A DNA stretch of 64,000 nt from Octopus vulgaris (Eukaryota), in the NCBI GenBank assembly GCA_951406725.2, contig OX597818.1, positions 6,324,001 to 6,388,000 on the forward strand, written 5' to 3'. The notes beneath the pieces were generated by a model that was given only the letters and a program-made list of their open reading frames with translations, was not told the DNA's origin and ran no database searches. Below are positions 42,058-57,018 of the stretch, one piece after another. Positions within the stretch are counted from its first letter, which is position 1; each line of letters begins with the position of its first letter. The position numbers and the translations under genes were made by a program.

Positions 42058-44970
42058 CATATATATATATTTATATATATATATATATATATATATAAAT
42101 TAGCATATACACACACTCATATTTCTCTGTATGTGTCTGTGCTTGTCTGTGTATGTGTATAACTTTTTTTGCGACCTGACAATTTAGAAACTTTAAGAGA
42201 TACGAAATGAGACACTTTTATCGGGGAGACTAGAAGTAGATAAAGTTATAATAAAGCGTTGAGTTGAAAGGCTTTAAAGTCTGCCCGTGGTATTCACACA
42301 TCTTCTGTAAGCTTGATAGCAGTATATAATAATATGTAGAATGCTGCGTTTAGTATTCTAGAAAGTATCATTTATTGATCTATCTACTTCGATGTCCATA
42401 TTTAATATCGAGATTCTTCTATGCAAATATTTTAACCCAATATTATTGCAAAATCTAATTGGATGTATTTCCAAGTTATCCTGAATAAGAACGAGGTGGC
42501 TGAACGTCATGCCTTTGTTCTGATCTGAGCTGATTGTCGATTTGCCGATGCATTGAAAAGAATAAAAGGTTTAATAAAACGAAGAGTCTCTTACAACAAG
42601 AATATGCAGAATCGTGTGGAGCAGGCGTATGGCAGTGTAAAATGCATCTGGTAGAGTTTGATGTCGTGCAGTTATAGATAGATCAACAATGTCCTATCTG
42701 GATATAATCGGAATTAGGAAGGAACTATAAAAAAGAAGCAGGAAATATTATTGTAGTGATTGAATGTGGTTTGCTAAACCAGACATTATCTGTTAACATC
42801 AATGTTTCAAAGCAGCGATTTTAGGAGTAAAACTGTCGGAATATGCCGACATCTTTTTGGTATGTAATCGTTAGTGGTTGAAACGTATGACATGCAATGC
42901 TAACTGTATCTATTATACACATACAATCGCACACATGCATTGTTATTGGATACCAGCTGGACAAGCTCAGACGATGATTGTGTTGTGCCATTTAACCGTT
43001 GCATGTGTGGAAAAGAAACTAAAGATTTTTTTTCAATCGTTTTGTTGTATGAAATTAGTGTCGCTAAAATGTTACATACGCAGCGAAGCATACCTGTGTA
43101 CTTGCATGCCTCGTGTTATGATATGTGTATATAATATATGCGTATGACTGTGCATTTGTGTGCGTGTTGGGACAGAATCCTCTTAAGTTGCTGGAAATAG
43201 CAGATGACCTAGAAATTTCTCAAATGTAGCCTCCTCACATTTAAATAGGAAGGACACATTTGACTTTATATTTCTCGACATATCAATCAGGGTAGGAACA
43301 GAAAGGCATCTTACTGATCATAGATATCATAATTGAAATGTAGTTCTACATACAGAAGGCAGACTTGATTGTCATGGCCGAGGAGCATTTTTCATCAGAA
43401 AGTTGCTCGGTCACATCTAGTCGTTGTTTAAATACTCTCCAAAGATATGTCACGCAAACAATCGATCTGTGTGTAAAAAACAAGAGTCACATCATTACCA
43501 AATTTCGCACCGTTTCGTTTTAAATGGAAGAAGAATATAAACGAATTACTTCCTGATAGTAAAAAGGGTAGAGTGTCACATTTCCAATGCCTATTAATAA
43601 AAATACTATGAAACAATGGTACCCTTTTGAGAAATCGACAACAAAAATGGGACTTTATATAGCGACTCTAAAAGTACCCAGAGGGAAGAAGAGTCTTGAA
43701 TTTTACCAAAGGATAGTCTATACAAGGCAGTATCTGTACGGGCGTGTATGTGTCAGTGCGAGTGTATACGTGCGTCGGTGTATCTGTGCATTGTGCATGT
43801 TTGTATGCACATAATTCCTCTCACTCCCCTAAACTAACGCAGAAGCAATATGAGTCTCTCCTTACGCCTTTTTCTTTCTTTCTTTCCTGTATATACATGC
43901 ACACGCACACACACACATAAATACACACGTATGGAAATATGCATACATACACACATACATAACTCCATATATAAAAATATTACACACACGCGCAGATTCA
44001 AGCATAAATATAGTATATAAAATATCTAGAACGCAGTAAATCATCGATGGTTTCCATTTCTGTTTTTTTTTTTTTTTAACGCTTCTTTTTATATATTATC
44101 CGATATTAAACTGTAATATTCCGCTTAGTATTCGTCCTCTGCGCTATCGATTTCTTCGATATTAAACATATTACAGCATATTCCTATATTATATAGTGTA
44201 ACTTGCAAAGAGAATTTCTATAATTCCAAACTGATTATCTGATATAAAAGTTGTCTGTTGAAACCTTTTCTGAGTTGCCATCAATGAGCATGCTGCCAAT
44301 AATTGGATCACGAATATAAATGGTTGGATTTGGCATCATGCTTTCCTACAAGTTATAATGCTCGTATTATAATATTATAAAATTGGGATCTCTGTCATGT
44401 TACCTAATTTCTTTCTAACGCAGTTCATCACAAACGGAAGGCTTTCAATCGTTTATATTTTTCTTTTAGCTACCATCATAATTTTTTCTAGTTTCATAGT
44501 TCCTACTTCATATGATGCCGTATCGCTTTTAAAAGAAATCTTCAGTGGAAATCTGCAATATTCGAGAGATCATTCATAAAGATCAATCCTTATTACTATT
44601 CGGTATCGAATGAAGTAGGTTTTCATATCAGTTTTAATCCGCACTTAGTCAGTGCTTTGGCACCTTGCAGATAAGATAAGGAGTCATATGAACTCTTCTG
44701 TCCACTTCTAGATTTCTCAGTTTTCTCTTCAAAGCATTTACGTTTCTCTTTCCGTTTCTCTTTACGTTTCTTCTCTTCTATCTTCCTCTATAGATTCTGC
44801 CCAGTTCATATATCTGTTTCCCACATTCACCCTCACACGTGCTTTTTCTCATCTCATCAAAGATTTACAGTATTCTACATATTTTATGATTTATATACAC
44901 TACATATATGTGATGTAGTTATACACACATATACACACGCTTACTCTCTCTTTCCCTATCTCTCTCTCAT

Positions 44971-45005
<35 letters not shown>

Positions 45006-45660
45006 TATATGTTACACTTTCTTGTATGTACATGTATATATATACATGTGTTTTTTTCTATTTTTAATCTAACACTTGCTTTCCCTTGCTGCATTATTTC
45101 TCGCTTCCTTTATATTTCGCGGAAGTAAGTTATTTCCAAATTTGTTTATTTTCTCTCTCAATATCTTTTAACTTTTATTCTAAGAAATAGAGTGTTCGCT
45201 TTATTTTTCACTTTACGGTTAATTATCACATTTGAACACGTCTCTGAAGAAAGTCTTATTCATTTCATTCTTACATCCAACTATATCGTAAACAAGTCTT
45301 TGAAATACGATTGCGTCACGTTATTCACCAATCAACAACTCTTGCTTATTCATTAACAAGTCGTGGTCGTTTTTAAGTCATATAACTTATTCAGTCTCTG
45401 ATCATTGTTTCTCTTATGACCTATTGTTTTAATGCTCATGTTTATCATTTACACCAATATATATATATGTATGTATGCGTTTGTGTGTATGTGTGTTACG
45501 TGGGTGAGTGTGTGCGTATGTATGTGTGTGTATGTGTGCGCACCCGTGTTTCTTCTGTTTTCTTTTCAATGTTTCCTTTTCTATTAGTTCCAACAATTAA
45601 ATTTTTTGTAGTCGCTTCACATTTTCCTCCCACGACATCTACATTACAGAATGTCTTCTC

Positions 45661-45734
45661 TGTTAATTATGACATTACTATGCGTATTTGCTACGTCATA
45701 CATCACAAACTCGTGACGTCACACAGTGTGCACA
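45661..45734 (-). repeat. 3' LTR (74 bp, 18-bp internal deletion relative to the 5' LTR)
   Basis: Direct repeat of 49748-49842, 7 substitutions counted. Confidence 0.85.
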
Positions 45735-46189
45735 TCTTAATGTAAAATAACTTTCATTAAATTCCCCTTCCTTACAAACATTGCAAGGGGTGTTATTGTA
45801 GTGAATATATACACAAACTTTAAGTTATGGCAATATTTGGAGCTTAAATTATCAAGTTCAAATAAACTCGATTATAGATTCATTATCATTCTGGTAAAAC
45901 AACTCTCTTCAATGTCCATATATTTTCTTTACATTTGACTAGTCCATAAATGATTATTTTGTTGTCATTAAGAAAATCATCTATTTAACTTCTTCGAACG
46001 TAGAAAGAAAAAGAAATTTGCTTTCTAGCAATTAAAGCAGTTCAACTTGTTTAACTTCAAATTCAACATTCAACACAGTTCATGAATCACTCTTTTCATT
46101 GAGCACTTCTCAAATTCAACAGTTCTTGATATCAATCTTGATATCGTTCCGGCATGTTGATTTTTCGTTCGGATCTCAGAGTTTGATTA

Positions 46190-49100
46190 AAGATAGTGTC
46201 TTTAATCTAAGAATCATCTGTATCATAGTTCATAGTCTTTTCAAGTTCTCCAATTGACTGAGCTGTTGGATTCTCAGCAGCTGTCCACAGATGACGGCGA
46301 TTTCGTCGATACTGTCTTCTATCTAACGTCATGTTGTAAAATTTTGGAGCGCCATCCACTGATTTGGCAACTAACATGACTTACATGACTGCTTTTCTTG
46401 AATCCTGACTTACTTTCCAGTAGTCAAAGTACGTAACTTTCTACTACATCTGTTGTAGATGACTTTTGCTGGTTTTGAGGTGATTTCAACTGATCATGTG
46501 GTAGCTGTTTTTGGTACTGCGCCTGACGTTTCCGCAAGGCATCGAATACAAGTACGCGATTCTTCAGCGCCTGCTCATTAGCTTTTGAGTTGGTGATAGA
46601 CTGACTACGCCAACAGGTGTATTTCCGTACTCATGTAGAGCTAAATAGACATTTAGGACTCTAGTTTCTGTTTTCTTGAGCAAATATTTTTACTATCTGA
46701 ACTTTAAGCTCAGCTTGTCCGTTTGATTGTGGGTATGTAGGACTTGTTGAGTGTTTAAAGTGTTATTCTAGACCAAAGTTACAGAAATCTGCACTCGTAA
46801 ACTGCGGTCCGTTATCTCTCATGAACTCATCTGGGATGCCGTTTTTGGCAAAGACAGATTTCACTGTTCTGATTGTCATTTTATTTGATAGGTCAGGCAA
46901 TTTCACAATTTCAGGGTATTTTGAGAAATAGTCCACACACACCAGGTAGTCAATGATCTTCTACACAAACAAGTCGGCTCAAAAATGAACATCATGAATT
47001 CAGTTCAACATTTCTGTAGTGTTGCAGGAACTACAACTTTGCCAGCTTTCAAGATGAGTTCATCAATAACAGTCAGTTCATCTCAAATATTCTTGTAGTC
47101 TCTCGCACTTGATGGAACAACATTTCTGTTTTCTGGCCGTCCGAACGGAATCACTGATTTCAGTTGTTGCAGTTGGGGGTCATTGGCAGTGAAAATCCTG
47201 AATTCGCTCAACTTTCCTCAGGTCATCGGCAGTTATGATATTATGTCCATATCACATTCGCTTTCATCAAATCAATCATTACTGGCTTGAGGATATGCTC
47301 TGCTCAAGATATCTGCAACAATCAGTTCTTTGCCGGGTCTGTAGGTAACTTGAAGACCACACTGCTGTAGACGCAGCAACATTCTCTGCAACCCCCGAAG
47401 AACTCTACACAAGGGTTTGTGAAATATGATTTCAAGGGGCTTGTGATCAATTTCTACTCGAAGTGTTTTCCCAAAGATGTACTGACGAAACCTCCCACAT
47501 CCATGTAAGATACCTATCATCACTCTCTGCACATACGTCGTTTTTTTCACACTTGTCAGTGACCTCGAAGTGAACGCTACAGGTTTGCCTGCTTGCATCA
47601 ACAATTTGGCGCTTGTATACACTGATAACGTTACTGGCTCTGTAACATGGCAGTATTGTAGTCCTGGAGTCTCTGTCACTCTTTGTTTCAAATTCTTGAA
47701 ACATGTTTGCTGACGTTCTTTCCATTGCCATGCAATGTCCTTCGGCATTAACTCACGTAGAGCTGCAGTTTCAGTGGAGGAGAGATTAGGCATGACGTTT
47801 CCCAGATACTGTATCATACCCCGGAATCGCATCAGATCCATTTTGTTTTCAGGCTCCAGCATTTCTCGGATAGATTTCACCTTTTCAGATTCTGACTACA
47901 TATGCCCTATATATTCGACCTCCATCATTCTCAGCTCGCATTTCTTTGCATTAAATTTCAGGCCACTCGACTGTATTCTATTCAGAACGGCATGCACCCA
48001 TTCATCATGTTGCTTCCCATTTGTACCCCACACCAAAATGTCATCAACAATACATTTCTATGCCTGATAAACCTAGGGTCTGTGACATTGTTCTCTGAAA
48101 TACCTTCGGTGCCGACTTCACTCCGAAAGGTAGTCGAGTGGATCGGTACACAACTTGGAAATGCTTTCGTCAAGTTACATCTACCAAAATCCAAACTCTG
48201 TGTCAAGTACAATGAACAACTGGCATTCGTGACATAATTTCATGAAAAGTTCTCATGGGATATTGTTGTCTTTTTATGGCACGATTAAGATGTTTTGGGT
48301 CTATACAGACCCTAATCTTGTTTGGTTTCACTAATTTCACCATGCTTTTAACCCAGTTTGTGGGTTGAGTCTCCTTGAGGACAACTCCATGCGTGGTCAT
48401 TTGATCAAGTTCTGCTTGCACCTTGTCCATCAAAGCAACGGGTACTTTTCTCTGCGAGTGCACCACTAATTAGTGCGATTTTGTCCACTAATTCTATGTG
48501 GTGTTCTCCCGACCTGCATCCGAGTCCTTGGAACAGCTCTGGATATTCTTCCAGTATGTCTGTATTCACTTTCTGAATGTTGTGAACTCGCTGTACCAAC
48601 TTCAATTTCTCAGAGTTTTCTTCCCAGTATTCTTGGCCGTTTTTTTCTCGATATGCCACTGATTTTACTTGATACAGATAGTTCTATCTGTCCAAGCAGA
48701 AATCGCTTTTCTTCGAAGTATGACACAAGTTTTTTTTGTTCTTGACAGTTCTTTATTCTTCAAATGCATACTGTCGAACATTGATATGGAAGTGATATTG
48801 CAATGTGCACCTGCATTAAGTTGGAATTCCAAGGGTTTCTTGTCGATTAATAAAATCTCATACCAGTCTTCATCATCTTCATCTGTAGTCTTCTGTCCAA
48901 TAAATAATTCTTCAAATTCTTCAGTTTCTTCAGAATTGTCAACAAGTTGAACATTTTTGAGTTTTCTTTCTGTAGTGTCTTGTCTGTCATACCTAGATGG
49001 CATTCTAGTTTTACACATGCTGGCAAAATGGTGTTTACCACTGCATGTGTCACAAACATTTCTTGCAGCTGTACACTTGTCTTTAGCATGTAACCACACT

Positions 49101-49715
49101 GTCTACACTGAGGGAATTCGTTTGTACTGCCTTTAGGTTCATACTTTCTTCTTGGATTTACTGGCATTAATGGCATTGATTCCATCAGCTATGGTTGACT
49201 GTTCACCATCAGGAACTTTCAATTTCTGTAGCTCTTCATATCTGTACAGCTTTTCCAAATCAAGATCATGTATTAAAAACTCCATTCTGAGGCAATCAAT
49301 AAGAATTCCACAGACACTTGTCTTTAATGATTCCATCATTCAGTGCCCCAAACTCACAAGGTCTAGATTTGTTCTTTGAATCTGTCACCTACTGATTAAT
49401 TGTCTCATTTTGATTCTGAGATCTAGTGAAAAATGCATGTAGTTAGGTTTTTCTTAGGTTCAGAGAATTCCTGAATCTCTTGCTTCACTTTGTCGTAATT
49501 ATTGCTATCCGCTTCTTCACTCCACTCAAAAGAGTTATACACTTTAACTGTAGCCTCTACCGCCACGTGTAGTAGAGTAGCACACTTCACACCCTGTGAT
49601 TTAACTGCGATTCCATTAGCCTTAAAGTAAAGTTCAAACATTTGTAGCCACCGTTTCCTGTCTCAGCTACGTTGCCTTCGAGAGTAAGTTCATTTGGGCT
49701 TCTTATCTGATCCAT
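46190..49715 (-). pseudogene. Gypsy gag-pol (multiple stops and frameshifts)
   Basis: MDQIRSPNELTLEGNVAE start; C-X2-C-X4-H-X4-C (CDTCSGKHHFASMC); protease FQLNAGAHCNI; RT IRVCIDPKHLNRAI and IVDDILVWG; RH IDHKPL...QRMLLRLQ...ADILSR; IN DNGPQF, YPQSNGQAE; YRRNRRHL. Confidence 0.9.
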
Positions 49716-49747
49716 TCGGGCGATTATTCAATTCCTTTCTGGTACCA

Positions 49748-49842
49748 TGTAAATTATGACATGACACAGGGTACAGCCATTACTATGTGTATGTGTTACG
49801 TCATACATCACAAACGCGTGACGTCACGCATTGTGCACAACA
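49748..49842 (-). repeat. 5' LTR (95 bp)
   Basis: TG...CA, directly abuts the PBS-like sequence at 49738-49747. Confidence 0.85.
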
Positions 49843-51666
49843 TATTCTACACATAATTTCGTAAAGCCAGTTATTCGGGTTTTCTTTCTATTTTTTGTGG
49901 GAGGAGTGAATTTTCCCTACTTAATAGGGATATGATTATACTCCGAATGAGAACGCTTTTTTCTTTTCAAGAATTTTCTTGTTCAATGCCGTGCTAGGAA
50001 TCATAGTGATGCGTATATTACAATACCCTCAACTGGACCTCAAACATCATGTAAAATGAATTAACGTGAATTGTATAAAGTCGTCAGGTCAGATGGATTG
50101 TAGATTAATTCAAATGTCCAGCCTTGTAACATAGCAAAAACAGAGTATTAGGCTAAAGAATTACACAGAAGCGAATACATTTGTGTAGAATAGTCAACCT
50201 CTTAATGGATTGCTAAAGAGAAATTCACTTAATAGAACAATTGAATGTTCATCGTCGAAGGTGAATGAGATTCCACCACTGTCATTTTTATGCCAATGAT
50301 TATGTTGTAGTATTTCATTCCTCATGCATAATTATTTGTTCTTCTCACTTACCTGTTTTCTTCTTACCCTAGTAGCTACAAACACCACAACCACCGCGAC
50401 ACGGTATTTTTCCCTCTGTTATTCGCTTCTTGCACCGTGTTTCTCTTTTTGTGTGGATGACGTTTCAGATAATTTATCACAAGATTAACAGCGCAAGATA
50501 TCAGACAACTGTGCTGCATGCTAAGAATTGTCCTTAACAATGTTATACAGCTCAGATAGACATATTTGGCCATTTATTGACGCCAATTAATTCTCAGTGT
50601 GACTATTCTCCCAAATAACGAACACAACTTCTTAGTAGTCAAGCGTTTCGCATGACCAATATAGCCACACTCGTGGAAGAGTCGCATCTAATGTCATATG
50701 TTAATGTGTACTGACGCATTATATGTTCTCATCAACATGTGATACCGATCTTTTCAGTTCCTACCAAACCACTAAATCAATACTTCAGACGAGTAAGTCT
50801 TGTCTCGTGATCATGAAAATGATTTTCCTGTTTCAGTTGTATATGTTTGACGTTGAGAACTGCAATAATCGAGGGAATATAACTTATTTGAATACTACCC
50901 ACTTGTTTGTGAGTTTATTTTTTTAGTACACCAATCAATATTCCTCTAGATCGGATACATTATTATATGTGATTTGTGCATGTAGCCTTTGATATAATGT
51001 AGCAGCGATTTTAATATTTTCAACAGAACTGCTTCCACCTCAATAGAACTATTACTTTTCATTTGATTAGCACACAAGCAAGTGAAAGAAAGGGTGAGTA
51101 AACAGTTGTTGAATATCATTTTACGCTGGATATACGGCAAAATATATTCAAAATAAAACCGGCATCACATTGAAATCTTGAATTACAGTTTATAAAACAA
51201 CATAGGATTCCAAACTGAATGTTTTCATATAAAATTTTGAAAAACGTAAGTGATTTATGTTCGAAATCTTCTGAAAGTGAACTTGTAGTCATTGCAAGGA
51301 AAGAACTTATTTTAACATCTGGTTTTCGCCAATTACAGCCGCATTTATTTACTACTTAATACATTTATTCTCTTTCCTATTAATTAAAATGCAAATTTAA
51401 TGCACTCAATGTCATCATTTTTTATTGCAGTCTATCTATTGCGATATTAACTCCACTTCGTATTTTTTCATTGATATTTTACCTTTTATTGTATGTTGCT
51501 TTTTCTATATCTATCACGTTAAAGGCTCGCGAATGGCTGTGTTGAGCGAGGAGGTAGAAAGACAAAATAATGGGAGTTTGTGAAATTTAATTTCTGAATA
51601 GAACTACATTAGATGGATAAATAGATAGATGGTGCTACTGAAACTGGGATGGAAAAGGAAAGTAAG

Positions 51667-51710
<44 letters not shown>

Positions 51711-52779
51711 AGAAAAACATATTAAGCCAAGGATATAGTGGTATTTATATATATAAATATACTACGAAAAAAAGTATGAATGACGATTAAATAAACAGCG
51801 GAAGGACAGCACATTTGGACAGAAGATATATAATTGAGAAGGGGTTCAGAGATATAACTTGATAAAATAACATAATAAGGGGTGAATATTACAATGAATA
51901 ACAGAATTTAAAGCAAGAGAGAAAGCGAGAGGGCGGAAAGAGAGTGGAAAAGCCGCGTTCCCAGTGTACCGGGTTGGCGGGGTTGGAGGATGTATCAGAA
52001 ATCATTTAGTATATAAAGGCATGAATTTGTGGTTTAAAAACTCGCTTTGCAAGCACGAGATTTTCAATTGAGTACCAAAAGGTGGCATCATAGTAAGGGG
52101 TCTTTTGCTACGGCTTAAAATTGATTAATGGCTTGTGAGTAAAGTTGGTAGAAGGAACTTTCTGGAAACACATTGCATATATATAAAGTTACATTCACAG
52201 ACGCAGTCAAGCATACATGTGTGTGTATACGAACTTTGTTTCACACTGCGAATGCCGAGACTGTTTTATTGGAATATATGATTAAAGGACTCTGACCAAC
52301 AAAGTAACAGTAAAACTGGTAATATTGTATTTAAAATAATTGATATAATACGAAAGCATTAGTATTAACACATGGATTTATTTATGTATGCATTGATGCA
52401 TGGCGTTTGATAGTTTTACAAAAGCTTTATTGAGGAAACCAATATCAAAGACATAAATGAAATAGTTTGAAAAAACTCTTACGAATGGATAACGTACAGG
52501 AAATGGAAAATTGTTTAATGTCTTCCATAGGTTTTTTACTAATTTAGTTGACAAGCGTAGCGCATGCTCAGGTGCAGTGCATTGTTGCATTCATCAATTC
52601 TCGGTATAATCCTGAGTCCTCCCATTCCAGAGTCCCGGTCAATCCCCATCTCCGCGCGATCTTTCCTCATCTGCCGTGACAATATTGCATGTGGTCAACC
52701 AATACGAGCCGTCAACCCTGCCGGATTTTCACTGAAGAGGACACGATAAGCTGGGACTAACTCAGAAAACTGAGCAATA

Positions 52780-53310
52780 TGGTCAAACAGACTGAGGAAG
52801 AGGAACCACTTGGCATTAGATTATCTTCAGTCAAGATAAACATCTATCCTTTCGTTACGCTCTTGCAGTGCCCTATTTTGTCCGCCATTGTTACAGGTAA
52901 AGATGTCGAAATTCTTGACAGCTTCACTTATCACGACTGTGAAATTCATAGCAGCATCAACTGCGAGTCCAAAGTATTAAAGGGACTTGGATGAGCTGGT
53001 GCAGTTGTTGACTCATTGGACAAGTGTGTTTTGCGCTACCCATATATGTGCAAGAGGACAAAGTTTTGGGTCTTCTGGTCTCTAGCCCTCATTGTCCTGC
53101 TCTTTAGTATTGATACTTGCACAGAGTCCAGACCTTTGGGAGACACCTGAGCTTCTATGGTGCCAAGATGCTTCGCAGGATTATGGACTACCATTGTTCG
53201 AACTTCGTATTCAATCAACGCAGCTATTCAGAAAATGGAATGTCTCTTGTCACCTGTATAATTCGGTCAGACTGTCTGACAATATTACTGGATTTTCCGC
53301 TTTAGACCCT
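52780..53310 (+). mobile_element. RTE-clade LINE RT C-terminal relic
   Basis: EEEEPLGIRLSSVKI, GKDVEILDSFTY, CKRTKF.VF.SL.L.VLL, KMLRRIMDY. Confidence 0.65.
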
Positions 53311-54479
53311 GTTTGGATCAAGACAAAGCTCCAGTTTTCGAAAATGGAATACAAATCAAAATATTGCTCAATTGTTAAAAGATATAAAAATATGTTTGAA
53401 CACGAAACAAATATATTTGGTATACGATTACATGAAAACTAAAAAAAAAATGATGTTACTAATTTCATCCATTACTCTTTTTATTGAGTTAGTATATGAA
53501 ACTCAATACCAAAGTAGTCACTTCGGTAGAATAATCTTTACTTAACATAGCGTTATGGGGAATAAATATTCAATAATGTTTTATTTATGTTGAATAAACG
53601 CAAGGATATGCCATTATGAAAAGGTAAAAAAACGGTCAATAGAAACCTTCAGATAGCTTAAGAGCATCGCTGGTTTAGCCAGCAAAATCTTGTAATATTA
53701 ACTTACAATGCAGAATTTCTATAAATAGAATTTAAAATTCATGTTAGGTTTTAAAATCATATTACCACGAACTTTCTAAATATAACAGTACTTTATTTTT
53801 CAACTGAATGGATGAAAATTCCTATCTGTAAATCAATATTCTGGGGTATATTTCTGCAATATGTTGATCGTGCCAATCCAGCAACCTCACAAATTTAATA
53901 ATACCGGAATTGAAGGATGGAACAACTCAGTGTTTACCTCCCCTATACTGTTAAAACTAAAAGCAATAAAATCTTTATATGATACCTAACTTTTAAAACA
54001 GTGACAATGTGAAGATATAATTCTAGATACTCTATGAGTAAGGGATGTAAGATTGAAGTAAAACATGTTGCTGCATATGAAAGGAAATAAATTTAAACTA
54101 ATAGTAAGAGGTACTTTGAAAGAAATCTCTGGCTTTCTCACATTCGTATTTCCCTGTCTTAGAGATCTTGAAAATATACAGAATCATAGACGCTGATTTT
54201 TTTCCTTCAATAATCAGTTAAAAGGCGCCGAGACAAAGTAATCCCTATTCATACATACCTAGTTTTAAAACATAATGAGCAAAGAAATACTATCAGAGCA
54301 GTAATATATGGAAGATATCAATAGTCTCCAAACCTAACCTCCTCTCTAAGAATCTTACCAGTTGTTTATCAAAGATGCTCAGAAGTGCCTCGAAAAATCG
54401 TCATTCTTCTACCACCCTAATTCTCTAAACATTCTAAATGTGGAAGTTCTACCTGGTTCATTACTTGACTAGAATGCCG

Positions 54480-55100
54480 TAGATACTTGATATTTCGGAT
54501 GCCAGACATATACTCATAAGTGAGCGGGATCCACATTTGTAGCTGAATGAAAGAAACGAACATAATTGATACGGCTGCACCACATTCGCTACTTTGTATA
54601 TACAAGCTCTTGTGCTCGAGTGCTACAAGTAGATAGCTTTGTGATGAATTAAATTCATTTCTTCAACAAGAATTGAACGAGTAGATGATCCAAAATATTT
54701 GGAGATGTGAAGCATGGAACGTCTCTGGCATGGTAATACACAGACGTGATCTATACATTCATTACTTCTGTACAGCCATTCTTGAATTGCAGCATTTCAG
54801 TCCATTTTGCAAGGTGACTTCCAGACCGTGATATCATATGGAATCAATTCTTATGCACCAAAATATCCAGTTTCAGCCAAATTTAAAGCACTTCGTCGAT
54901 TTCATCAATCCATACACTACGACACTGGCAACGAACATAGAATCGTTTCTCTGTATATCAAGTTGCATACTCCTCAGCTGCACCTATCACTATCTCTTAT
55001 TTCTTTCGGTCAATGCCTAATGTCTTAGCGTTTATGGTGCTCGATATCACCATGGTAACATCCGAATAATCAGACATGAGTTTCCAAAATCTGCTTCGAT
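54480..55100 (+). mobile_element. Possible very old LINE RT relic
   Basis: Scattered motif-like pieces (PKYL at ~54690, ..SLAW, RPVISYG-like near 54825); no continuous frame. Confidence 0.25.
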
Positions 55101-55569
55101 AATCAACTCTATTTTATGCGATTGTGACACGATAGAACGAGGAGGAAGACATGTAGAAGGGTTAAAAAAAGAGGCAATTGATATGGCACCTTGGGATTTA
55201 TGAATTGCGATATGTAGCATTGTTGTGATGAGAGTTACTACGTCACCTTGCGAGAGATAGACCGGTTCGAGTAAAGTATAAATAGTAACAATCTGAGTGA
55301 GTTCAGAGTTCGGAGTCGAGTGAAGTTCGTGTTAGCTCGCAATGAAATCTGAACGTGTCGGTTGGTTAGTTCACAAGAAATAGCGATTGTTGTTTCGTAA
55401 AGAGATTTGTAAGTTCGCTTCATTGTTTTTGCTGTTGTTCGGGACCATAACCGAAATTATAATACTCAATAAAACAAAAACACGATAAAATTTCAAGATC
55501 TATGGGGCGATTTGACCAAAGATGCAAAACAAGGATAACCACAAACACACACACACACACACACATACA

Positions 55570-55621
<52 letters not shown>

Positions 55622-56519
55622 TTCACACACATAAAACAATAAAACATTAAAAAATGAATAAGTAACCCCATAAAAATAATTTGCAGGGCTTTCTCGGAAA
55701 ATGAAGCATTATACATCAGGGAGACACTGTTCATAACTGCTGTGGTTTCTCTGTCGTATACGTAGCATAACTCCTGCAGAAATACATTGAATGAATTCTT
55801 TAAACTTAAGATGTAACACCGGCGTAAGTTGATTATTACCTATTTCTCTAAACCAAACTTAAGTGAAGTGTGAAGTTTCAAGAACTTATTAATGCTGAAT
55901 GGAATTTATCGTGGACTGTCTCTCATAAATCTTGAGATTAGATCTTAAGATTGTTTAATATATCATTATAATATCAATCTATGCGCTGAGATACGCAAAA
56001 CAAAGAAGTTTTCTGTAAGACATTCGTTTAAATTTATCCGAGATGTTTGTTTAAAAAGTGTTCGCCTTTACGTTGCAAATCCCTTTCTGCAATCCGTAAC
56101 ACATAAATCTGTCAATCTTTCGAAATAAATCTCATGAAATAGGATGTCTCAGGGGAAAATGTAGAGAAGAATACGGTATGCTTAATTATCTCCTCAAGCA
56201 TCGCTTTCATTTGGATGTTTACTGTTTAAATGGAATGGATTTATCTCACTTATTTCGCCATTTTTCATCCTATCCTATTCTTGGTTCAACTTTCGCCTAG
56301 GAAATAATGATAGATCCTTGCAAACAACAACATGATGAAGTCTCTATATATTTGCTTATTTCTTTCCTTGTGTAAGTACCCTACTAGTGACTTTGTATTT
56401 CTATCATTATCTAGTTATCAGAGTTTCACACAAATGCAGACGCGTATGCAAGACCACGAAATCACATAAGCAATGCGCTTAAATACGTACATCTACATAG
56501 ACATACACATACACACACT

Positions 56520-56550
<31 letters not shown>

Positions 56551-56800
56551 AGTTCAGCAAATATTTAGATTCTGATGAATTAGGTACTTAAGTTAAAGGC
56601 ACCAGAATTTGGTGTGATGTTATCCATATAAATCAGATGGGGTGATTATAATCAAAATAAGCAACAAGGATATCCAAAGGTAGTGTTGTACAATCGTTTC
56701 ATGCTACTTCATTTAATTAAACAATGTAAGTATTACATCAGTTTTAAAATGTAGAGCACTCTTCAGCCACATATGGCATTTTTTAAATTAAATTGACAAT
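56551..56800 (-). repeat. PLE-like terminus with degenerate hammerhead-like core (56685-56745)
   Basis: Adjacent to (TA)n; minus strand CTGATGT...GAAA-CGATTG-TA. Confidence 0.4.
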
Positions 56801-56906
56801 GTTCATTTTTATACTTATTCCATTTGCCAACATTACAAAGTGGGTAGGTATATAGACAGGTAGGTATATAAAACACATATACATAAATACATGTATGTAT
56901 GTGTGT

Positions 56907-56948
<42 letters not shown>

Positions 56949-57018
56949 CATATATATACATATAGATACATACACACGCACACATGTGCATAAGTCTATT
57001 TACTTAAATACGAAAATA

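Larger units (their letters stand above)
45661..49842 (-). mobile_element. Decayed full-length Ty3/Gypsy LTR retrotransposon
   Basis: LTRs 45661-45734 and 49748-49842 (TG...CA); PBS-like TGGTACCAGA; order gag-PR-RT-RH-IN. Confidence 0.92.
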
